From Schmidtea polychroa (Eukaryota), in the NCBI GenBank assembly GCA_044892525.1, contig CM097885.1:119040001-119104000 (forward strand): DNA of 64,000 nt, in the 5' to 3' direction. Positions 1 to 10,862 of the stretch are shown here, piece by piece (position 1 is the first letter of the stretch; each line of letters starts with the position of its first letter). Under the pieces are notes generated by a model. The model searched no databases and was not told the DNA's origin. It was given only the letters and a program-made list of their open reading frames with translations. The position numbers and the translations under genes are program-made.

Positions 1-414
1 ACAAAGGCGAATATTTCGTATTTGGAATTTACGGAGAGAACCGGTTGGTATACAATACATCAAGAAATAATAAATCTAATACCTCCCACAAGAGGAGAAC
101 TAACTAGCAAAGAAGGAAAGGCTAGATTAGTAAGTATTCCTGGTTGTAAAGGAATAAATGCTTTGGATTGGTTTAGTATTAGAAAGGTAGCGAGTGTAAA
201 ACAGCCCCGCATAACTAAATTAATTAATAATTGTAGTTGTCAAAATACGTTAAGGGGGACAACGAGAGATAAAACGCCAACTTGGCTATTGTTAATTATG
301 ATAGGGGGAGTAATTTGCATGATTTTAATTTTAATATTAGCTACCCTTTGGATGTTTAGATTAAATATGCGGGATATTCGTTATTGGGAAAATATTTACG
401 AAACCGAGGTATAG
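1..414 (+). CDS. C-terminal part of an env-like membrane protein of an LTR retrotransposon (open from the window start)
   Basis: Frame 1 is open from base 1 (TKANISYLEFTERTGW...). A Cys-containing ectodomain is followed by a long hydrophobic span (WLLLIMIGGVICMILILILATLWMF) and a short tail. It lies about 480 bp upstream of a PPT and LTR. Confidence 0.55.
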   Translation, partial: TKANISYLEFTERTGWYTIHQEIINLIPPTRGELTSKEGKARLVSIPGCKGINALDWFSIRKVASVKQPRITKLINNCSCQNTLRGTTRDKTPTWLLLIMIGGVICMILILILATLWMFRLNMRDIRYWENIYETEV

Positions 415-877
415 AGGGAAAGTCTCACCATATACTAGGAAGTGTAAATATATATAGTTATTTATTTTATATGTTATTTATATTAGTATGTAGACTAATG
501 TGGGCTCAAATGAGCATCGGTAAAATCAGACATCAGCGTATGTCGACTTTGATTACCCTGCGAGGGTATATCACGAAAGTGATAGATACAGCACAAAAGA
601 GTTACACCTTTACAAAATCTCAGAGCCAGTTCCCGATGATCTGGATATCTAATCCAAGAGCGTTGCCACCCAACATGTGTCGTCGAAGTCAAAATGTGTA
701 TAAAATGACTTAACAATTATTTGATTTGTGCTATTAAGTGTTTTGACATTTATTATTTGTGATTGGAAACATCCATTTTATGTCTTGTCTTACTTGATTA
801 ATTTTTATGTTTTTATTGTAATGCTGTTTACCAAAAGCCTTTCTGTTAGTGTTATTTGTCTTGTTTTCGAGACGAAA

Positions 878-897
878 ATCTTTTAGGGGGTAAGACT
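878..897 (+). promoter_or_regulatory. Polypurine tract
   Basis: TTTCGAGACGAAAATCTTTTAGGGGGTAAGACT immediately before TGTTAGGG; same layout as the CGAGGACGAAA...AAGAGGGGAGATA tract before the LTR at 35120. Confidence 0.55.
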
Positions 898-1868
898 TGT
901 TAGGGATAGGCCTGGAGCCTTAATAATAAAATAAATAAAAATTACTAAAATTAGAAATAGGTAAAATAAAAACAATAAAGAATTACTTAAAATAAAGTTT
1001 ACACATATTTAATTACTATAAATAGAAATAAGCTGTATATAGTAATATTTAATTATACTGTTACTATAAATAGTAATTATAATATTACTATTAATATATT
1101 AAATAAATAATATTTATTATAAATACTGGTTCAAAACGAGAACCAGGGGACGACAAAATTGACGATAACTTGCGGACAAGGAAACTGATAAGAAAGTTTG
1201 AAAAGCAATTGAAATAATAATTTAGAAATTTATTACCATTTCTAAAAACAAAAAGAAAAACGTGATTAGAGAATCACCGTGTTGATTATAATTAAGAAGT
1301 TCAAAATTTGTCTACAACAAAACAAACGTGATTAAAGAATCACGGTGTCTCATCAATCAACCAGACGACAGTTCAACTCAAATTCCAGATCGTTTTTCAA
1401 ATTAGAAAAGTGACTATAAATTGTCAAACAGAACAAATCAGAATCAGTGAGAATATTTCTGGAGAAAAATTTGAACAGAATCGTGAAACAAAGGAAGACA
1501 GAAAAGGAGTCATCAATCTAGAAGGTAAAAAAAGTTTAGTATTCGAGTTGTGTAAGGATAAATTATTATCCTTGTGAAGTGAGATAGTTAAAATAAAGCG
1601 AACACAAAGCACAGATAGCGGCTTTCGTGTTACCTGGTAGCCCCAAAATCAGCCCTCTTACTTTACCATTATCTTTTCAATTTATTCAGCGATCGTTGTG
1701 CTACACAGGAGTCATCGATTTCTTGCAGGCTGTGGTAAACAGTAAGGATTAATAAATCCGTTTTCTTGTACTCTTTGTACATATATTATAAAGTTCATTT
1801 GTAAATTATAAAATACATTTTTATAAAAAGAGAAAGGAGTTTTCGTTTTTAATTCAGTGATTTAAACA
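898..1868 (+). repeat. Probable 3' LTR
   Basis: Starts TGTTA right after the PPT, has AATAAA near 1751 and ends TTTAAACA. The right boundary is inferred; there is no second copy in the window. Confidence 0.5.
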
Positions 1869-3277
1869 TTAAACGCGCAACCACATTAAATATAACTTAT
1901 TTATATTTATTTTTATTTATTTATCTTAATTAAATTATTGGAGTCATTTGTGTTAAGATCTGTAGTCCCCGTTTTTCGATCTTAACATATTAATAATTAA
2001 ACTTCAAATATATTATTAAATTAAAATGATTGTTTAAATATTCAAAAAAACGTTTTTTTAGAAAAAACATTATCCTTTGTCTTCCAAGTCGAGATCTCTC
2101 TGTTGATGACCTTGATCATTGACACCTTCTATTCGATCAAAGAAATTTTCCGTAAAAGCTGGACAAACCCATACTTCTTCGATTGCCAAAAGAAGTCAAT
2201 AATCAAAGTTGTTCCAGATAAATATTCCAATACTTTTACATCATACGATACTGGAGTCGACATGCCCAAATGTGAGTCTATCAACAATCTCAGTGCAATC
2301 GCCAGATCAAGTACCTGTGCTTTTGTGGAAACATTGACTGCTGAAGAAAATATTTCGATAATCGTTTCTTATGTCGTTTTCAATAAAAACATTATGCAAA
2401 TTAGTTTCGTGTCTCTACAATTTTATTTCCACTAAAGTCTTAGGTGATATTTTCTAAATTTTCGTTATGAAAAATATTTTAACTATTATTACATCTGTTT
2501 ATTATTTAATGACGGACCTAACAATACAGGAATCTTATTTAGAAAACTAATTCAACAAAATTTTGATCCAACAATCAAAAACTAAGATAGAACTTTTCAT
2601 GACAGTAATTTATTTTAAAAATTTCATAATTATCTCAAATTAATTTGTTTTGCAGTGAAGTCTTGGTTTCTCTTTAGTTTAATCATTTCATTAATCGTCT
2701 ACCCTTATTTGTCTTCCATTTGACTAAAAATGGCAATAAAAGAATTAATTGATTCAATAATAAAATTTATAAAAAGTTATTAGAAAACAAACAAATGAAG
2801 AAAGCTGTACTCAAAATACGTGTTAAAACAAAGATTGATCTAATAATGTTATAAGAGGACAGTAAAGGAAATTCAGAATTAGCAAAATTATCATGTTGAT
2901 TAAAATTTTTAGCATTTAAATTTTTTTCTTTAATTCAGCTTTATAATTGAAATGAATGGTAATCATCAATTTGTATTTTTCTTTGAAATACAGTTTAACT
3001 TTTGATTTCTCTAGGCTTTGCAATCAAAAGCTTTTAAAGCCTCAAATGAATTCGGTCATAATTTCAGATGTTTAAATTTTCAAAACATATTCATTTGCCA
3101 ACTATAAATTGGCATGAAGTCATGTAATTTTTCAATTGCGTTAATTTCAAAAGATTTTTTTCTTAATTTTATTATTATTTTTAAATACTTCGCAAATAGA
3201 TTTATTTATAGTTAAATAACAAATTTATTTATTTCCAATTATAGAATGACCATGATATAATATAATAATAATAATTC

Positions 3278-3712
3278 ATGATATTAATTAATTCATTGAA
3301 AGTAAATCCCCTGGTTCAAAAACCAGGAAATAAACAAGTTGGAGAAAAAACAGAAACTTGTCAAGATAAATTCATTAATTACTATTTCAAAGATATTTCG
3401 TCAACTCCGCTATTTCATCAATTTAATTTTTTTATTAAAATACAAAATACTAATTTGCTTTTTTCGGTAAATTCATCTGATGAAGTCTTTAAGCTAAAAT
3501 CTACTATAGCAAAGACATACCATATCCCAACAGATTCCTTTTATTTGAGCAAAGGCTGTAAAGTCATACATGACCACATCACTTTTAACCAATTGCATTC
3601 GAACCAATATTCGATAGCATTCAATCAGAGACTTTTACGCGATTCCATCCTAAATGACGCCTCCTCAAAAATAACTCCAATCAGCCAACATGTGTTTTTT
3701 ATAAATGAATAA
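3278..3712 (+). CDS. Ubiquitin-like (beta-grasp) domain ORF
   Basis: FFIKIQNTNLLFSVNSSDEVFKLKSTIAKTYHIPTDSFYLSKGCKVIHDHITFNQLHSNQYSIAFNQRLLRD aligns by eye with ubiquitin (IFVK..VEPSDTIENVKAKI..EGIPPDQQRL..GKQLEDGRTL..LRLRGG) but lacks the di-Gly. Confidence 0.55.
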   Translation: MILINSLKVNPLVQKPGNKQVGEKTETCQDKFINYYFKDISSTPLFHQFNFFIKIQNTNLLFSVNSSDEVFKLKSTIAKTYHIPTDSFYLSKGCKVIHDHITFNQLHSNQYSIAFNQRLLRDSILNDASSKITPISQHVFFINE

Positions 3713-3826
3713 TTTCTATTTTATAAATGTTGAAAATGTGTGTGATTGTAAATGTTTGTTAAAAAGGTACTGTTTAACGCAAATAGACTGTAAATTTGAA
3801 ATAAATAATGATGCTATCTTATAGAG

Positions 3827-4141
3827 TAGGGATTCTCAAAGTGTGATTCGCGAGCTAACTCAAAGGGCTCCACGGATCCCATAATCAAATTTGAAATAAA
3901 AATTATAAATTTAAATCACCTTAAAATTAAATTATAATTTAAAAAAATTTAACTTATAATTATTATTAATAATTATTATTAATATGAAATTAATTTGTTG
4001 TTTTGAAATATTCAGATTTACTTCATTTTAACTAAAAAATATGTAAATGTTAACTCAATATAGTGCACTACCCTACTAGATAACCAACAATACAGTGAGT
4101 AAGTCAGGGTTTCTAAAAGTGTGCTCTGCGGAGCCCTGGGG
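3827..4141 (+). mobile_element. Two hAT (Charlie-like) terminal fragments
   Basis: TAGGGATTCTCAAAGTGTG (3827) and CAGGGTTTCTAAAAGTGTGCTCTGCGGAGCCC (4105) resemble hAT-Charlie ends; no matching opposite end found. Confidence 0.3.
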
Positions 4142-5299
4142 ATTTATTACGTAATTCTTAAAGATCAACTATCTCTCTGCACTAACTATTTATCGAGGGC
4201 GCCATGGTACGGACTTTTACATAGTCTTTATTTCATTTTTTTTTCAACTATTACTAATTTAAGTTGTCACGGCACCTAAGTTTGAACATCTGAATGTTGT
4301 GGAATGGTTACTTGACTGATATGCTAACAGGTTTTTATTTTCATTTTTCAGGGTCCCTTTACCACCGCGTCGAAAGGGATTGAAGCGCACCTTCGCCTGT
4401 GTGGATACGTCCAGCAGGCTCGAGAGACGCCCACCTTGCAATCTACGTAAGGAATGGGACTGCGGCATCCAAAGTCCTATTTTGCTGGACTCCGATGAGG
4501 AATAATAAAAATTTTACTCATGAATAAAATATTCAGCATACATTTGTTTTTATTTTGGATAATATTTCTATTGGGATAATCGATCTACCTCCCTTAATTT
4601 GTGCTAGAAAGGGTGGGGTAATTGTGTTCCTCTTTGTGATTAGCCTTTGTTCCTACTGGAAATTGTAGCTACTATGAAACTATTCCTTACTTACTAATAT
4701 TTATTGGTTATAATTTTATTCTCCCGCCCCAGTAGGTTACCCATGGTTATTCAGTTATGCTAATTTATTCATCAATTACTAGTCAGTCAATTGCTAGTCA
4801 GTCATTTACTGTCATTTATTTCTAACATTTATTTAAGGCAGTCATTTCTTGAAACACTTATTTAATTTATTTGTTTTCTTTTTATTTATTTTATTTGCTC
4901 GTTTTACTTTGTTTATTTTTATCTATTTGTTAATTTATTTACTTATTCAATTTATCAATTTATTACTTTATTTATTTATTTTCCGAGGACGAAAAAAAAA
5001 CAGGGTCCGTTCAAATGGTTTATTTAATCCAATTGATTTAGCTCACCCTCATCCTCCGATTCCTCCGACATTTCTTCTACCTTCATCCGAAACATCACAA
5101 AATCTGCTTCATGCTGAAATAGTAAGATCTCCATACGATCTAATCACTTTTTCAGATGGAAGTTTTCTTCCTCCAAATCCGTTATCCTACCCTGCATACT
5201 ACGAAACTTCCGCTTCAGTTCTTGTGTATTTGTTTTGCACTCTTTGCACGACATTTCCGAGGATTCTGCAAATAGTTGACTGCCAAATCCGAATTTGTC

Positions 5300-6098
5300 A
5301 TCATTAGTCTATTTGTGTTAGGTTTTGTCGTCCCTTAGGTTGGTAATTGGAAAGGGGATGTGGTTGTATATGATGTCCGTTTCGATTCATTGATCGCCTT
5401 GACTTCCACGAAAACTGTTTGCCATCTGCCTGGTTCGGTTATCCATCGCTGATATTTAACTGCTATTTCCCATACCGTCTCTAAATCAGAAGTGTAAAGT
5501 GTAAAAACATGATTACCGGCATCTAATATAGTCAGGGTTCTTTGTTTGTAGTTAATAACAACTCTTTCATCATTTCCTGATTTTCTATATATTGTTACTC
5601 AGGGTTATACGATTTGGCTCGTTTCTGAGATAGATAGACTGGGTCTCACTCTTAAACCGTGACCATTGGTTTCTCACTACCGTTCCATTTTCGAGTCATA
5701 TGTTCTCGTAGTAGTTTGCATTAATTGAATAATTTTGATTCATCTTTAATTTCTCATAGCGGACAAATGATTTTCGCGAGTTAAGGGTGTCGACATTTAA
5801 TCCTTGAAATATGATTCGCACTTTCACCAAGTCCACTGGCTTCCAATATATATTGATTCCATTTATCCCTGGTTCTATTTCAATCAGATTTCGCATCTCT
5901 TTTGTGTGCACTTCTATCGGAATTTGCGTGTACCACTTTGACATGTTCTGTCTCAACAGCCACTGGTATTTGAAATTTGGCTTTAACTTTCGTATCGCAA
6001 ATATATCTCTATCATAAATCAGTTCTACAACTGGTGCCGTATTGTCTAGTAAATTAATAATTTCTATTTGGTCTGCGATCTCGCATTTACAGCTCCAC
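5300..6098 (-). pseudogene. Env-position ectodomain with fibronectin type III-like repeats
   Basis: Minus-strand translation WSCKCEIAD...FAIRKLKPNFKYQWLL...INIYWKPVDL...RYEKLKMNQNYSINANY contains FN3 hallmarks (W-x-P strand B; L-x-P-x-x-x-Y strand E/F); interrupted by stops. Confidence 0.55.
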
Positions 6099-6237
6099 NN
6101 NNNNNNNNNNNNNNNNNNNNNNNNNNNNNNNNNNNNNNNNNNNNNNNNNNNNNNNNNNNNNNNNNNNNNNNNNNNNNNNNNNNNNNNNNNNNNNNNNNNN
6201 NNNNNNNNNNNNNNNNNNNNNNNNNNNNNNNNNNNNN
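6099..6237. other. Assembly gap
   Basis: N run. Confidence 1.
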
Positions 6238-6465
6238 GTTTACCGCATATGGCAAGTCAATCCTTTTGCCGCTCGCGGCTGTTACTAATATCAGCATTGT
6301 TGTTACATATAATATCTTATTGATGTAGCTGACTGGTGTTGGATTTTCCGTGAATTTCTGTTTCAATTTTGTTTGACCCGTTACTTTATTTTGCTTGGAT
6401 CTTAATGGGTACCTATATTCATCTTCCTCTGGCACTAGTTTACATCGATTTGCATGCACAATCAT
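6238..6465 (-). CDS. Integrase C-terminus continuing into a signal-peptide-like segment
   Basis: VHANRCK (gypsy IN end motif), then a linker and ILYVTTMLILVTAASG, in the same frame as integrase; runs into the N gap. Confidence 0.55.
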
Positions 6466-6474
6466 CGGGTTAGC

Positions 6475-7467
6475 CTATTTACTCCTGAATGGTAACAATT
6501 TCAAATTGGTTTCGGTGGTGTCGCACACTTTGTAGGGTCCTTTAAATGGTCTTTGCAATTTAGGCGATAAACCTTTGAGAGGTTCTGGTCTGTTAAGATA
6601 TACTAGATCTCCAATCTTTATGCCATGCGCATGTGCTTTTTTATCGTAGGCTTCTTTATATTTCTCTTGGTTGTGCTTTATTGTCAAACAGGCTTTAGTC
6701 CATACTGATTGCATTCTTTCTTGCATCAATGCTTTATAATCGGGTATCTCCATATATTGTGAAATTGGTGGTTGAAATTTGAGATCAATCGGCATATTAT
6801 TTTTCCTTAAATACATCAAATAAAAAGGGGTCTCACCTGTACTTTGATTTACTGCATTTCTGTAGGCAAATAGACACGGCTTTATGAAGTCGTCTCAATC
6901 TTTCTGTTTTCGATTCACATATGATGAGATCATATTTATCAGTGTCCCATTAAATCGTTTCACTAATCCATCAGTTTGTGGATGATATGGTGAAATATTC
7001 AATTTCCAAATCCCAAATAGGTCTGTGATTGATTTGAACATTTCGCTTTGAAAGTTCTTCCATTGATCAGTTAGCAATTTCTTTGGAGTACCATAGCGAA
7101 ATATTATGTTTTCCACAAATATTCTAGCAATCGTGTCTGCTTTTTGGTTTGAAATAGCGTATGCTTCCGGCCATTTAGTAAAATAGTCACAAAAAACAAC
7201 AATGTATTTGTTTCCTTTTGTTGTTTCCGGTAATGGTCCCAGAATATCCATTGCCGTCATCTCCATCGGTGCTGCAAGTACTGGCATCGGTTTTAATAGT
7301 ACTTTAATCTTTTTACCAGTATTTCTGCGGGTGATGCATACTTTGCAACTGTTACACCAATTTTTCACGTCTTGTTCCATTGTTGGCCAACAGTATTTCA
7401 ATTTTAATCTTGATAGCGTCTTGCGCGTTGACAAATGACCTCCCAAAGCTCCATCATGATACTGCAT
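6475..7467 (-). pseudogene. pol: Gypsy integrase
   Basis: H2C2 finger (HDGALGGH...CNSC), DDE core (AMDILGPLP; LLTDQ; GLVKRFNGTL), GPY/F motif (PFKGPYKV); in-frame stops. Confidence 0.95.
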
Positions 7468-7551
7468 CAGTAATACGTCTCTGTGCTTGGCTGGGATAAT
7501 AATTAATGCTTCGCCATTTTTCCAACATTTAAGTATTCCATTATGAATTAC

Positions 7552-9180
7552 TTATTTGCTGTTTGCATATGTGAGTCGTTTCCAATCTTGTTCCTTTCTT
7601 ATTTTGACCGCTTGTTCCCTAAATTGTTTTAATTCACTATCGTTTTCCAGATCATTTTGTAGTTCAGACATATCATTAACAGCTTTGATTGCAGCGAATA
7701 TAGTGCCTTCCAATTTTTCAGGTGTCCCTTCCCTATCATTTTCTGGGATTCTTGACATTGCATCTGCATTCGCGTTAGCTTTACCTGTCCGATATTTAAT
7801 CTCAAAATCGTATTCTTGGAGGGCAATCAACCATCGTATTAACTTACTGGCTGAATCTCTGTGTTTCATTAACCATTGTAGTGGATTATGATCCGTATAA
7901 ACAGTAAATTTTCTGCCCAATAAATATTGTCTAAAAGTAGTAATTCCATACACTAACGCTAACGTTTCCTTTTCAATAGTTCAGTAGTTTTACTCGTGAG
8001 GCCTCAGTGATCTGCTTGCGTATGCTATTACGTGGTCCTTTTCACCTTCAAATTTTTGTCCCAACACCGCACCCAATGCAACATTGCTTGCATCCGTCAT
8101 CAAGATAAAGTGTTTCATAAAATCTGGGCATCGTAATATAGGAGTTGTCACTAATTTCTCTCTTAATGTATTGAAAGCGCTTTGTTGCATTTGTCCCCAA
8201 ATAAATTTATTGTTTTTCTTTAGTAACGTATTCAGTGTTTGAGCGATATGAGAGAAATCTTTTATAAATTTTCTGTAATAGCTAGCCAAACCTAAAAATT
8301 GTCTAACCTCATCGGCATCTTTTGGTACTGGGTACTCTTCCACTTTCTTGATGTTATCTGGATTAGTTTGTAACCCTCGCCGTGATATTATATGTCCGAC
8401 ATAAATCACTTATGCTTTGCCTCATTCACATTTCGATGGTTTGATTTTTAATTTTGCACTTTTGAGCCGTTTAAATACGGTTTCTACATCTTTGAGGTGT
8501 TCTTCAAAATCATTTGAAAATATTATTATATCGTCGATATACACCAATGCATGTCGAATACCTCGTAACACATAATTCATTCCTCGTTGGAATGTAGCTG
8601 GGGCTCCTGTTAATCCAAATGGTAACACATTGAACTCATAGAGTCCTTTGCCATCCGAGAACGCCGTCTTTCCTCTATCTTCCTCTTTTACTCTAAATTG
8701 ATTGTACCCTTTGTTTAAATCAATAACTGTGAAATATCGTGCCTCTCCCATTTGATCGAACATTTCTTTGGGTACCGGAATTGGATAAGTGTCTTTCCTC
8801 GTAACTTGATTTAGCTTCCGATAATCTACGCAAAATCGTAAGTCTCCATCTTTTTTCTTAACTATCACTATTGATGAGGAGAATGGTGACGCACTATCTC
8901 GAATTATTCCAAATTCATTCATTGTTGTAATCTGTCTATCACTTTCATCTTGATGAACGTAGGGGATTCTGTATGGCTTTATTTTTTTTGGAGTTTCGTC
9001 TAATAACGGTATTTCATGCTCAATTACATTGGTTAAACCCAAATCATATTCATGTTTGGCAAAGATATCTCGGTATTTACTCAACAGTTTTGTGAATTCC
9101 TTTTTCTGTATCTCATTTAAATCATTGCTTACCACTTCAGGCTCTTTATACACCTTGACGTTTCTATTTTTTTTTTGCAA
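7552..9180 (-). pseudogene. pol: Gypsy reverse transcriptase and RNase H
   Basis: RFCVDYRKLN, LPFGLTGAPATFQR, YIDDIII, TDASNVALGAVL, YTDHNPL, IKYRTGKANANADAMSR, split over three frameshifted ORFs. Confidence 0.95.
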
Positions 9181-9596
9181 TTTTTTTCAATAGACATTTT
9201 TGATAATTTTCCCAATTTTGTTTTTGGGTGTAACTGAACCGGTTTCTTACTGCTATTGGTTATATGAACTGGTACTATCTGATTTTCCACTTTGATAATT
9301 TCGTCACATATTGGTAGATCATATTTTTCGACTAGTGTTTGATTTGGTTCGAATATAAAATCACCATTATCCACACTCATGGTATTTGCACAATATACCA
9401 TCTCCGATTGTGGTGGTATTGTCAGTGTCTGATTCACAGACACCTCCCCTGCGAATTCAACAGGGTCTCCTCCATATTGATTGACGGGTAATTTCTGGCA
9501 ACTTGCGAAATCAATCATCTCTCTATTGAGAGGCATAACAGCATTATCATTTGCCATTTGGACTTGTTTTTGACTTCTGAGGTTGTATCGGTTCAC
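9129..9596 (-). pseudogene. Gag N-terminus fused in frame to the post-protease region of Pol (internal deletion)
   Basis: NRYNLRSQKQ...ASCQKLPVNQYGGDPVEFA matches the gag start at 31.23-31.33 kb, then switches to GEVSVNQTLTIPPQSEMVYC...VPVHITN, the pre-RT domain also seen at 44206. Confidence 0.75.
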
Positions 9597-9790
9597 TTTG
9601 AGCTAAACTTCAAACGTTAATCAATAATTTAAAATTACTTTTCAACTTCTTTTAAATCTTCCAATAATAGCCTTTAATATCTATGTCGTTAGCACTATTT
9701 TCAAAATTTCTCAGCCGACTTTCACTCACGTCTGTACTCTTTTTCCAAATATTTTGACAATAACTTTCAATAATTCTCTGCCGACTTTCT

Positions 9791-9808
9791 ATCACGTCGG
9801 GCTCATCA
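9791..9808 (-). promoter_or_regulatory. Primer binding site, tRNA-Trp type (TGG mutated to TGA)
   Basis: TGATGAGCCCGACGTGAT a few bases inside the LTR; intact homolog at 30856. Confidence 0.75.
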
Positions 9809-9815
9809 GAATATA

Positions 9816-10862
9816 TGTTGGGTTTTTGGTTACTTTAAGTTGGTTCCCTCTGACTCCTCGTGTCCTTTAAATCAAAACAATAACGACCCAACGTATATTG
9901 AAATAACAAGTTCACAATCCTTTATCACCACTTTACAATTAATAATCAAAATTACGTTTGATCGATTCTCCGCTCGGTGTTGATGCTTTGATAAAGATAA
10001 TATTCATCTTTTATTCTCTTAGGTTCTCTTGACCAACGTTTTCCTCTTTTTCTTGTTTGATTTGATCCTTTTCAAGCTTTTTATTCTTATTCTATTTCTT
10101 CTTTTTCCTTAATCTCCTAGATTCGTTTTCGCCTTTTCCTAAGCTCGGTTTCTTCTTACCTTACCTGAGGCAAAATGCCGATTTTCTCTGATTTTCCCTT
10201 TCCTTATATACTACTCGAAATCGGGATGACAAATGGTTATTGCCGAGCCTATCTTTCACTTGACATTTGCTTCCACATATCTGCTTCGGCTGTCACCCAT
10301 AATGGTCCAACGAACCAAGATAATTAATGGCCCTTCCGGCCTTTCTACCCGCACTATATTCTCCTTGCTCTTTTCCAATTAATCATTGTGTCAAGCTAAT
10401 GGGCCCAAATCTTCCTTCTGTTTACTTTTCTTCTTGTTTACCCAGCTCCGGTTTCCTTCATCTCTCGGGTTCTATACTGGGTCGGGTTTCTCATTAGCTC
10501 GGGTTTTCTATCAGCCAATTAATTAATTAATTAACATTTTCTGTTTTTACACATTCGAATGCTTTTCGACCCTTCCTAACCATTTTCTGATAAATCCCTA
10601 ATCATCATCTTGTTGACCATTAGCTACTCTATACCTGTCCCGTTTTCCCCATTCGATTTCGATGATTTTCCGGATGGATTTCCGGATTCTTGCCTTTCGT
10701 AATTGCTTTTGGCATTTTCTAATACTGCTTCCATCACACTTTCCTTTACTATCGATTCTGTGCATGATCACGCTTTTATTTGTCTTTTTTCTTCACTTAC
10801 TTTTTATTTAAATTATTAACCTAAATTTCATTTAAATTTATTTTAATTTACGGACCTCAACA
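9816..10862 (-). repeat. 5' LTR of element 1
   Basis: TGTTGAGGTCCG...CCCAACA on the minus strand; similar along its length to the LTRs at 29820 and 35120; flanked by GTAT. Confidence 0.9.

Larger units (their letters stand above)
5040..10862 (-). mobile_element. Ty3/gypsy LTR retrotransposon, defective, with env-like region (element 1)
   Basis: 5' LTR, PBS, gag start, RT, RNase H, integrase, signal peptide and FN3-like region in gypsy order on the minus strand. Several stops and frameshifts; no 3' LTR found; left boundary approximate. Confidence 0.9.

Noticed and set aside
384-713. 109-aa ORF overlapping the env-like stop
   Set aside because: Non-ATG start, no motif, and alternative frames are equally plausible; treated as 3' region.
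2103-2435. 110-aa ORF
   Set aside because: No recognisable motif on either strand; probably a decayed fragment.
4200-4830. Candidate 3' LTR for element 1
   Set aside because: No similarity to its 5' LTR (TGTTGAGG...) and no PPT in the right orientation.
4849-5307. 152-aa plus-strand ORF with a hydrophobic N-terminus
   Set aside because: The N-terminus is T-rich low-complexity sequence; the rest is antisense to the element 1 accessory region.
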